Positions 50,106-60,700 of a stretch of 64,000 nucleotides of DNA are shown piece after piece. Position 1 is the stretch's first letter. Each line of letters starts with the position of its first letter. Under the pieces are notes generated by a model. That model was not told the DNA's origin, searched no databases, and saw nothing but the letters and a program-made list of their open reading frames with translations. A program made the translations under genes and the position numbers. Source of the DNA: a candidate division FCPU426 bacterium (GTDB lineage Bacteria > Oederibacteriota > PGYV01 > Palsa-1178); assembly GCA_963840035.1 (NCBI GenBank), contig CAWIXE010000002.1, positions 1,600,001 through 1,664,000 on the forward strand, in the 5' to 3' direction.

Positions 50106-50686
50106 TTTATCTTCCTTATGACGCCGACTACCTTGCCCATGACGCTGGCATCCCTGGAAACTATGGGGGAATACTTGGGATTTTCAGCTTTGAGTTTTAC
50201 CCCGTCATCTGTCATATAAAATGTTTTTACCGTGGCCTCGGAACCCAAAAGAGCCGCGACTATCTCGCCGTTCTCGGCTGTTTTTTGTTTCCTTACGATG
50301 ACGGTGTCTCCGTCATATATTCCGGCGCCCGTCATGGAGTCCCCGGCCACCCGCAGCGCAAATAGGTCCCTCAACCCGAAAATATCAGTTATGCTGCTTA
50401 TGCGTTCCTCTATATTTTCTATGGCATCTATGGGAAGGCCGGCGCTTATGCGTCCTAAAAGGGGTATCCCCGCGGATTGATTTAAAAGCTCGATCCCTCT
50501 GGAGACATTTTTGTTCAGTTTAATATAACCCGCATCCGCCAGTTTTTTTAAATGGTGCCTTATGGTCCAGGTCGATGACAAACCCGACTGTTTTGCAAGC
50601 TCCCTTAGTGTCGGCGGAGCCCCATGTTCCTCAAACCAATCTGTGATTTTTTCCAGGACCTTGCTTGTCTGCGCTGTGAGTTTCAT
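50102..50686 (-). CDS. lexA: LexA repressor
   Basis: PPTLRELA winged HTH, SAG cleavage site, GDSM Ser, TVKT Lys, ENP. Confidence 0.93.
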   Translation of the reverse strand: MKLTAQTSKVLEKITDWFEEHGAPPTLRELAKQSGLSSTWTIRHHLKKLADAGYIKLNKNVSRGIELLNQSAGIPLLGRISAGLPIDAIENIEERISSITDIFGLRDLFALRVAGDSMTGAGIYDGDTVIVRKQKTAENGEIVAALLGSEATVKTFYMTDDGVKLKAENPKYSPIVSRDASVMGKVVGVIRKIK

Positions 50687-50701
50687 GTGGCCTCCTTCTT
50701 A

Positions 50702-50815
50702 TTAGTCTCAAGACCCAGGACTCAAGACCCAAGTAAAGACAAGTCCTACTTGGGTCTTGGGTCATGAGTCTTGAGACTAACATGACCCCTACTTGTGTCC
50801 TAAGTCTTAAATCTA
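50702..50815. repeat. Heptamer-based hairpin element in the lexA leader, copy 1
   Basis: TTAGTCTCAAGAC...GTCTTGAGACTAA; homologous to 51490-51611. Confidence 0.85.
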
Positions 50816-50830
50816 TATCTTGCATATACA

Positions 50831-50859
50831 TTTATAGCACAAATGTGCTAACGTGTCAA
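50831..50859 (-). promoter_or_regulatory. lexA promoter with overlapping palindrome (candidate SOS box)
   Basis: TTGACA-17-TATAAA with extended -10; palindrome TAGCACA-AA-TGTGCTA at 50835-50850. Confidence 0.8.
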
Positions 50860-50941
50860 GATAAAGAAAAATCACTTGATATTAAAGGATTTTTCATCTA
50901 AACTTAAATGCAAGTTGACATATATAATTAGGAGAACAAAA

Positions 50942-51523
50942 GTGGATAAAAACAGCAAAGGATTTCTGTACTTAATAAATACGGCGCTTGAAGCAGCGAT
51001 ACTGGCAGGCGCCATAATCATGTTTGTCGTGGGAAAAGTACCTCTGGTAAAAATATTAAACCAGGCCCAGCCGGTCTGGATACAGGCAGGCGCAGGCATA
51101 CTTGCGGGAGTTTTAACAGGAGTCCTGTGCGGGATGCTTGTGACAAAAGTGAAATTCTTCAATCCCGTGCTTGAGATGATAGGCGAGCTGGTATCAAAAT
51201 ACAAATTTAACACGCTTGATATCATTATCATATCCTTAACCGCCGCCGTGTGCGAGGAATTCCTTTTCCGCGCCGGGCTTCAGAGGATATGGGGCATATG
51301 GCCGGCATCAGTGCTTTTCATACTCCTTCACGGATATTTTAACGTAAGGAATTTGAAGATAATGGCATACGGGATAATAATGCTTTTATTAAGCGCGGCC
51401 ATAGGGTATTCATATCAGTACCTGGGATTGTATGCGGCAATTGCTTTCCACTTTATTTTTGACGTAGCGGCGTTGATGGTTGTTTCTAATAGTCTCAAAA
51501 CTCAAGACTCAAGTCCCAAGTAA
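50942..51523 (+). CDS. CPBP/CAAX intramembrane protease
   Basis: EEFLFR, FILLH, H..FD; GTG start after AGGAG. Confidence 0.88.
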   Translation: MDKNSKGFLYLINTALEAAILAGAIIMFVVGKVPLVKILNQAQPVWIQAGAGILAGVLTGVLCGMLVTKVKFFNPVLEMIGELVSKYKFNTLDIIIISLTAAVCEEFLFRAGLQRIWGIWPASVLFILLHGYFNVRNLKIMAYGIIMLLLSAAIGYSYQYLGLYAAIAFHFIFDVAALMVVSNSLKTQDSSPK

Positions 51524-51611
51524 AAACAAGTCCTACCTGTGTCTTGGGTCATAGATCTTGAGACTAACACGACTCCTACTTGGGTCTTGGGTCATGAGTC
51601 TTGAGACTAAA
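51490..51611. repeat. Heptamer-based hairpin element, copy 2
   Basis: Overlaps the last codons of CPBP and the stop codon of def. Confidence 0.85.
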
Positions 51612-52098
51612 ACTTCTTCCTCTCAAACAAATCCCTCTTCGCGTTCTTAATGCGGTCCAAAAACAGCACTCCATCCAGATGGTCCACCTCGTGCTGCACC
51701 ACTACCGCCTCGAAACCAGACGTCTCCAGAAGCCTGTCGTAGCCGTCCGTGTCCACATACTGGAAGCGGGTGCCCCAGTAGCGCTCCACATTGCCGGTAT
51801 AGTCAGGGACGGACAGGCACCCTTCCCTGTTCGTGACCGACCCTTCCCTGATTAGAAGGACGGGATTAATAAGCACCATCAGCCCCCGCGACTGCTCGGC
51901 TTTTTTATGGCCGGTGACATCCACCACAACTATGCGCGACATGTTTCCCACCTGGGGCGCGGCAATGCCCACACAGCCTTTATTTGTATACATGGCTATT
52001 TTTAAGTCTTCAATAAAATCTTTTACCCTGGAATCTATTTTGGCAACAGGCAGGCACTTCTGCCTGAGCCTCTCATCGGGAAATTTTAAGATGTTCAT
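51607..52098 (-). CDS. def: Peptide deformylase
   Basis: GIAAPQVG, EGCLS, QHEVDHLDG. Confidence 0.95.
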   Translation of the reverse strand: MNILKFPDERLRQKCLPVAKIDSRVKDFIEDLKIAMYTNKGCVGIAAPQVGNMSRIVVVDVTGHKKAEQSRGLMVLINPVLLIREGSVTNREGCLSVPDYTGNVERYWGTRFQYVDTDGYDRLLETSGFEAVVVQHEVDHLDGVLFLDRIKNAKRDLFERKKF

Positions 52099-52640
52099 AG
52101 GATGGCTTTTATAACCTCATTAACCGAGACGTGCACACCGAGCTTTTTGGCTTCCTCAGAGAGCGTCTTCTCCAGCGCCTTTACCCCGTCCTTGCCCGGC
52201 ATGCTCACTTCCAGGAACATATAATAAGCGTGAGGTTTTACCTTTTCAGAGCTTTTTGTTTCAAGGTCTATGATGTTTGCCCCTGATTTATACAATTTTT
52301 CAGTTATGGCGTTTACTATGCCGGGCTTGTCGGCGCCAGATATTGATATGGTATAGGTGCTTCCTTCGCCGGGGTATTCCTTCATCTCTTTTTCGGTTAT
52401 CTTTTTGATATCAAGGGTCATGGAATACTTTTTTGAAAAAGCTTCCATTTCCTTCTGCAGTTTCTGCGGGAGCGCGCCTTTTTCGCCTGATAAAAGCATG
52501 ATGACTGAAAAAGTCCTCCTGAGCATGACCATTGATGAATCCTCAATGTTGAATTTGTAGTTTTTCAGGATTTTTGTCAGGTTAAAAACTATCCCCTTCT
52601 GGTCCACGCCTCCGGCTATAAGCAGATATCTTGTTTTCAT
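52095..52640 (-). CDS. Tandem ACT-domain protein (GcvR-like)
   Basis: GVDQKGIV..NIEDSSM; GADKPGIV..NIIDL; ATGA overlap with def. Confidence 0.88.
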   Translation of the reverse strand: MKTRYLLIAGGVDQKGIVFNLTKILKNYKFNIEDSSMVMLRRTFSVIMLLSGEKGALPQKLQKEMEAFSKKYSMTLDIKKITEKEMKEYPGEGSTYTISISGADKPGIVNAITEKLYKSGANIIDLETKSSEKVKPHAYYMFLEVSMPGKDGVKALEKTLSEEAKKLGVHVSVNEVIKAIL

Positions 52641-52725
52641 AGATGCCTCCGTTTTATTGGTATTACGCCCTTACCTACAGACATAATAATACCACGAAAG
52701 GATAATAACAAGGTTTTTTTGATGA

Positions 52726-55700
52726 TTATTGCTTATATAGGACCGAGAATTTAAGGGTCTCCATCTTTATCTCGCCCGTATCCTTAATGGCCCTTACCAC
52801 CGCGACATACACCCCTACCGAAACAGGTTTATCTGTGGCGGTTTTCAGGTTCCACTGCATGGATCCTGACTGAATGGTTCCCTCTAAGCCGCGTACCAGC
52901 TCTCCCGCTTCATTATATATATCGGCCCGTATCTTGCCTGAAGCGGCGGAAGCCCATGCTATATTTATAAACCTGCCGGCCGCCGGATTTACATAAACCG
53001 GATTCGGGAATGATTTAAAACCGCTAATCCAGTCCGCATTACCGCTGTTTAAGACTGTTATTTTCTTGGCGGCGGAAGTGTAATAGCCTGAGCCTGAATT
53101 CAGCTCCACCCTGACTTCATATACCCCGGAATCCACAAGCCTTCCTCCGTCATTTTTCCCATCCCACTGTACAACCGCGCCCGGCGCGTATTCTATGTCT
53201 ATGGGCGAGCTGCCTTTACCTATGCCGGCCGTTTCTAAAAGGCCGAGGTCCCCAAGCGTGTGCGGCACATAATCCGCGGTTATCCTGCGCACAGCCTCGC
53301 CCGCGCTGTTATAAATGCTTACCCTTAGTTTCTTATCAATCCTTACCACCTGCACATCTTTTATCGTGGTCTGAACGTGGTCATACGTGTCGATAAACGA
53401 TACTTTTATATAATATAAGCCAGGCGTTATATTTTGGCCGCCGTCATTATCCCCGTTCCATGTGAATTCCGCGGTCATATCCCCGCCTTCCTGTCCCGGT
53501 GTCTGAATTCCCGGCAGGATCAGTTTTAATTCATCCTGGGACGCGTTAAAAACGGATTCTTCCAGATCATTGATGAGCATCAGGACATTCACGGGATTGT
53601 CCGTAACCGGGGCTTCGACTATGAGCTTAACCAATTCACCCGCTGAATTAAAAGCCTCGATTTTCATTATATACGGATATGGAACCGGGGTCGGGGACGC
53701 AGTCGGTGACAGCGTATTTGTGGGCGAAGCAGTCTGGGTATAAGTCCGGGTGGCAGTAGGTGTCGCCGTCATAGTGCATGTCCGGGTGGGTGTGGATGTC
53801 CTGGTATAAGTCATGGTAAAAGTCGGCGTCGCGGTATTTGTAGCGCTGTATGTCGGCGTGTGCGTAAAAGAAGGAGTTGGCGTGGCCGTATAAGTAGGTG
53901 AAGTGGTATAAGTCACGGTTATAGTACCCGTGTATGTGGGCGTGGCCGTTGATGATGGCGTCATGGTGGATGTTGCTGTATAAGTCGGCGTGTTTGTCAT
54001 GCTTGATGTAGGCGTGGCCGTTTCCGTCGCGGTAAAAGTAAATGTGGGTGTGTTCACCGGAGTGTCTGTAAATGTCGGCGTGCAGGTGGGAGTATTTGTC
54101 ATGGTCTGTGTATTTGTTTTTGTCAATGTGAAGGTATACGTGGCAGTTTCCGTGTAAGTGTAAGACTGTGTGGGTGTATAAGTCATGGTCTTTGTCTGGG
54201 TATATGTAGGCGTTTCCGTATAAGTGAAAGACTGCGTCGGGGTATATGTCATGGTCTTTGTCTGCGTATAAGTGGGAGTTTCCGTGTAAGTAAATGACTG
54301 CGTCGGCGTAAACGTCATGGTCTTTGTCTCGCTGTATGTGGGTGTGGCCGTATTAGTGCTTGAAGGCGTCGGCGTGAATGTTATAGATTCCGTCACGGTA
54401 AACGTCGGCGTCGGAGAAGAAGTCAGCGAAGGCGTCGGGGTAAAAGTTACCGATTGCGTGGCTGTAAAAGTGGATGTGCTTGTATATGTCACCGTATGCG
54501 TGGGCGTATTTGTATTTGTGTATGTTCCCGTAAAAGTCGGGGTCGGCGTGTATGTCAATGTCGCTGTCGGAGTTGCCGTAGCCGTGTTCAGTGTAGTAAT
54601 GGTATAAGTCAGGGTAAGCGTTGCCGTAGATGTCATGGTATAAGAAGGCGTCGCCGTGTAAGTAAATGTCTGCGTGGGCGTAAATGTAAACGTCGGCGTG
54701 CTTGTATTTGAGGAAGTCGCGGTAAATGAAGGCGTCATGGTCGGAGTATGCGTGGGTGAAGTCGTATATGTATAAGTGGATGTGGGCGTGGCTGTATACG
54801 ATTGTGTCGGGGTCGCCGTCATAGTCGGCGTATAAGTCTGTGATTGCGTTGCCGTATAGGTGGAAGTATTTGTCGGGGTGGGCGTGCGCGTATAGGTAAA
54901 TGTCGGCGTGGGAGTTGCAGTATAAGAGAAAGAAGGCGTCGGCGTCGCTGTATAAGTGAAAGTAGGAGTGTGCGTCTGCGTGGCCGTATAAGAAAATGAC
55001 GGCGTAGGTGTGGCTGTATAGGTGGAAGTAGGCGTACGGGTCGGCGTGGCCGTATAAGAGAACGACGGCGTAGGCGTTGCCGTAAATGTCAAAGACGGCG
55101 TGTACGTCGGCGTGGCCGTATACGAGAACGACGGTGTGGGAGTTGCCGTATATGTTAAAGTCGGCGTGTACGTCGGCGTGGCAGTATAAGAGAACGACGG
55201 CGTGGGCGTTGCCGTAAATGTCGAAGTCGGCGTACGGGTCGGCGTGGCTGTATACGAGAACGACGGCGTGGGAGTTGCCGTAAATGTCAAAGTCGGCGTG
55301 TGCGTCGGCGTGGCCGTATACGTTAACGACGGAGTAGGCGTAGCCGTCTTTGTCGCCGTAAAAGTGGACGTCTCTGACGGTGTAATGGTACGGGTGTACG
55401 TAGACGTAAATGTTATTGTCGGTGTTGATGTCCGCGTCGCCGTATAAGTCGCGGTCGGACTTTGCGTAATTGTATAAGTAGCAGTATATGTCATGGACGG
55501 CGTTGATGTCCTTGTAAAAGTCTGGGTATTTGTCCTTGTCGCGGTCCTGGTTGCAGTCGGCGTCGGCGAAGCGCATATGTTCGTCATCGGCACAATCGAT
55601 TTGATTGCAGGCGTTGTCTGGTAATTCAGTATCCCGTCATTATGCCAAGTACAGCTGCCCACTGTGCCAAGGGTAAGGGTTAAGGGCAGGTCCACACAAG

Positions 55701-57557
55701 TGTCAAATCCCGGCGAAGTGAAATGTATAACGTATATAAATTTTTTATTTGCCATATCATTGGTCAGTGAAACGCCTGATATGCCCGGGGACGAGCCTAT
55801 ATAGTAAGGACCGTCGAAAGTCCAGGTGTCAAGCGAGGAAGAATAATCATCAGTTATTGTAAGGTCGCCGGAAGATACATACCCTCCCGTGTTGCATACA
55901 TGAAGATTAAACGTGAGCTTATCCCCCGAGACCAGGTTTGTTGTTTTATTCGCGGTTTTTAATATTGTAAAAACAGGCGGCATGGGCGTTGGCGTGCACA
56001 GGTCTGTCATGGGCACGGTTGATACTATTACCGGTGATGCGTAATAACTCAGCGTTGCGTCATTATGCCACGAACAATTCCCCACGGTCCTTGACGTAAT
56101 ATGCGTATTAAGCGGCAGGTCCATGCAGCCTTTAAAACCTGGCTGTTTAAAAACAATTGTATACGTCGCTTTTCTGTTGCCCACATCCTGGTTCAGCGAA
56201 ATACTATTAACGCCAGCCGGCGCGGTCCAGCTGTAGGGCCCGTCAAATGCCCAGTTGTCATTATTATTAGACCAATCATCGACTATGGTCATAGTCCCCT
56301 GATATGCCTCCCCCCCGGTATTGCAAACACGCAGATTATAAGTTAATTTATCATCCTGCAATATGTCCGTGGTCTTATTAGCCGTTTTTAAAAGCGTAAA
56401 TGCAGGGGCAGGCGGACAGTAGTTTGTCACCTGCACTGACGCTACAGGAGTCGGAAAAGCAAGGTACTGCAGCCCGGCAACATTATGCCAGGTGGAACAA
56501 AACGTAGGCGACTCGCCCCAGTCAAGGCCCAGGGGAAGAGTAAGGTTATAACATAAAGGGCCCATCGGAAACCCGTCGACAAAAGTTACATCAACGCCCT
56601 TCGTAGTCTGTGTAAACGTAATTTTTCCAAGTACCGGGTCTGTGTAATCCCCACCCCTGAAATGCCATTCATCCGGCGAGTCGGTCCACACATCATGGAT
56701 CACCACCGGCGTCCCTGCCGAACCTCCCGCACCGGCGGCATTGCACACGCGCACGACAAATGTAACGGAATATGGCGTCGACTGCCCGAGCGGGGTCGTG
56801 GGCGTTACGAATTTCTGGATGGTAAAGGTCGGAGGCGGAAGAGTCGGCTGCGGTGTCATGTTAAAAGGCTGCCTGAAATAAAGCGTGTGGCATGTGGTTG
56901 TAGGATAAGCAGCTGCCCAGCTGAGCGCGCGAAGAACGGTCCTTGTGCGCGGATCCTGTATCCTTTTCCCCCATTTCTGCGTAGTCATATCAACGGGGTC
57001 CACCCAGGATAGGCCGGAGCCTGCCTGATTATATGCCTTTTCATACCAATTAAGGCCGCCTGTAGGAGGCGGAGTAAGCGCCGGATTCGCGCATGTCGGG
57101 TCGTCATACATCTTTACCCCCGCGTCATCGCTGCCGACATAAACATGCGCGCCTGCGGGGGTCGAGCAGGTAATATCAAGCGACCATGACGCCCACACCT
57201 CGTCATTTGCCGTATTCTGATTTTTAACCGCGATGTAATTGTTTGTATCTGTCAATAAAGCCATCGTAGCGGCGTCAAGGTTTACGCACAAAGGCAGGCA
57301 GCGGCGCCGCCGGGTTCTATATTACAGTATGGAAAATAACCATCACCGACCCCGGTGGGTATCTGCACGCCATTTATCCAGATATACGCAAAGTCATCTA
57401 CCGCGGCGCATAGCCTGGCCGCAGTTGGAGCGCATGCTGAAGCGGCGGACAGGTTTAACGTGAAGACCGGTACGAGGAGGACAAGCACTGAAATAAAAAC
57501 AAAAAACTTTAGCGAACTATGGGTCATAGAATCGCAGCCCGCTTTGCTTTGATTCAT
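52726..57557 (-). CDS. Giant secreted protein: signal peptide, N-terminal domain, 3 DUF11-like modules, ~630-aa Thr/Pro linker, 3 FlgD-Ig/CTD-like domains; frameshift near 57295
   Basis: ORF 57282..57557 holds the signal peptide and overlaps 52726..57291; KTANKT..LT.NL..CN..G modules; FPNP near the C-terminus. Confidence 0.85.
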
Positions 57558-57781
57558 TCTTTCCCCGATTTTGGAGTTTTTAAGGCGCTTTGCTCCTTTA
57601 AAATTATAGAATATAAGGCGATTATGTCAACGATAAAAGGCTGGTTAAAACGATATAATTTAAACCGGTTTTATAAGGTGATTAATCGGTTAATACGGTT
57701 TTTATTATGGGGTAAAGCCTTAAAAACCGGGAATCGGGAATGGATTTCTTGCAGGAATGCAATATCACCTACAGCGGCCTT

Positions 57782-60700
57782 TTAGAACTTCCTGATCACC
57801 GACACTTTTGTTGTAACAATTTCAGTCTCTCCCGAATCCTTTTGGGCATGTATTATTATAATGTATAAACCGCTTGAGACTTTTTCACTGCTGCTGTTTG
57901 CCAGATCCCACAAAGCCATACCCGGCGTTAAAGGCGCTTCAATCCTCGCTACAAGCTCAGCCGTCTGGTTATATATATCTATGCGCGCCTTTCCTGCCCC
58001 GTTCGGCACCCACGTAATTTTTATGGGTTTAACCAGGCCGTTTACGACATATACGGGGTTTGGATATGCCTTCACCCCGGTTATGATGTCCTTCGCATCC
58101 AGCCTTAGCACTGTTATGGTCTTTGCCGATGTTGTCTCAAAACCCGTCCCGCTGTTTAGCTCCACCCTGACCTCGTATATTCCGCTGTCAACGAGCCTGC
58201 CCTGCGAATTCTTCCCGTCCCAGTCCATTGACACTCCGGCGGCATATTCAATGCTTATCAATCCCGCGCCTTTTCCCACTGCAACCGTATCCATCATGCC
58301 GAGTTCCTGCAGTTTATCGGGAACAGTCGGCGCGTTCATCCTCCTGATTACTTCCCCCGCGCTGTTATATATGCTGATCCTGAGGTATTTATCCTTATAC
58401 AGCACCTGTATTTCCTTTATTACCGAAACCTCATGGTCATATTCATCCACGTATGAATATTTTATGTAATATGTGCCGGCTTTGATAACCTGGTTGTAAT
58501 TATTTGTACCGTCCCAGTTAAACTCCGATGTCAGGTCCCCGCCTTCCTGTCCAGGCGACTGTATTCCCGGGAATTTTATGTTAAGAAGCCCGGCTGTCGG
58601 GTCAAAAGTGCCTGTTGCCTGCCCGTTTTCAGTCATGACTACCCCGTTGTCCTTGAACTGTTCGGATATTAGAGACTTGGCAATGAGCTTAACTATTTCT
58701 CCAGCGGAATTATACGCCTCAATTTTCAGTATGTACGGATATGGCACCGGAGTCGGTGTAGCGGTTGACGTGAAAGTTATTGTGGGAGTGGCTGTGAACG
58801 TGGACGTGGCCGTATATGTAGGCGTGGCTGTCTGAGTGGAGGTCTTTGTGGGAGTGGATGTGAACGTGGATGTTGCCGTGAACGTCGGCGTGGAAGTCCT
58901 CGTCACTGTATATGTATATGTGGCCGTGTTTGTATAGGTGGGTGTCGCCGTATATGTCGGTGATGTGGTGAACGTATGTGTGAACGTCGGCGTGGCGCTG
59001 GGAGTGGCTGTGGATGTAGCGGTATATGTCCCGGTAAACGAAGGCGTGGGAGTGTTTGTTCTTGTCGGCGTATCCGTATAAGTATCAGTGGAAGTGCGTG
59101 TCGGCGTTGCGGTCATGGTCGCCGTTTTTGTCTGTGTCTGAGTGTAAGTTCCTGTGGCAGTGCGCGTCTCCGTCACGGTTTCGGTAAAAGTACCCGTAGG
59201 AGACGCCGTCCTGGTGTCGGTCGGGGTCGCTGTGGAAGTCGGGGTATCCGGGGCAGTATCCGTCACAGTGGGTGTCGCAGTTTTAGTGTCGGTAAAAGTG
59301 GGTGTTGCAGTGAACGTCGGCGTCGGAGTATGGGTTTCAGTGGCCGTCCTGGTGTAAGTATAAGTGGCTGTTGCCGTAAATGTAGGAGTATGGGTGTATG
59401 TAAAACTTTCAGTAGCGGTAAATGTCTGTGACATTGTGGGCGTATATGACGGTGTTTCAGTAAATGTCTCCGTCGCCGTTCTTGTCGCCGTATATGTGGG
59501 CGTATATGTCATGGACTGTGTTTCCGTATAAGTATCGGTCGCTGTCCTGGTCGCCGTGTAAGTGGGCGTATATGTCACAGACTGTGTTTCCGTGTAAGTA
59601 TCAGTCGCCGTACTTGTCGCTGTATATGTGGGCGTATATGTCATGGACTGTGTTTCCGTGTAAGTATCGGTCGCCGTCCTGGTCGCCGTGTAAGTGGGCG
59701 TATATGTCACAGACTGTGTTTCCGTGTACGTATCAGTCGCAGTCCTTGTCGCCGTGTATGTGGGCGTATATGTCACAGACTGTGTTTCCGTGTACGTATC
59801 AGTCGCCGTCCTTGTCGCCGTGTATGTGGGCGTATATGTAACAGACTGTGTTTCCGTGTAAGTATCGGTCGCTGTCCTGGTCGCCGTATATGTGGGCGTG
59901 TATGTCGTGGATGGTGTTTCCGTATTTGTGTCGGTCGCTGTCCTGGTGGCCGTATATGTGGGCGTGTATGTCATGGACTGTGTTTCCGTGTAAGTATCGG
60001 TCGCCGTCCTTGTCGCCGTGTATGTGGGCGTGTATGTCATGGACTGTGTTTCCGTAAACGTCGCGGTTGATGTCGCGGTATATGTGTATGTCGGTGTAAA
60101 AGTCATGGTCTGAGTTCCCGTATAAGTCGGAGTTGACGTATAAGTGTCCGTCGAAGTCGGTGTCGCGGTTACTGTCACTGTATAAGTGGAAGTGGCTGTG
60201 GACGTGTATGTAAAGCTTGGCGTAGGCGTAGCCGTAAATGTGGATGTGGCTGTGTTCGTCGATGTTGGCGTATAAGTCGATGTCGGTGATGACGTCACAG
60301 TATAAGTCGGCGACGGCGTGGATGTATATGTCGATGTCGGCGTATTGCTTGCGGTGTTGGTCCCCGTAAAGGTGGGTGTCGCGGTAAATGTCTGTGTGTC
60401 CGTAAAAGTTGGCGTGGCCACCGTGTTAGTACTTGTCGGTGTGGACGTGGGCGTCGCCGTCATGGTAAATGTAAATGTCGGCGTCGAGGTGGCTGTATAT
60501 GTTGGTGAAGGAGTATACGTGGAAGTGGGCGTCGGCGTATAAGTGGCAGTATAAGTGCTTGTTGGGGTCTGCGTATATGTAAAAGTCGGCGTCATGGTAT
60601 ACGTCGAGGTGTAGGTCGGCGTCGCGGTAACCGTTGATGTCGGGGTGTATGTCACCGTGGGAGTCGGCGTGGAAGTGCTTGTATATGTGCTTGTCGGCGT

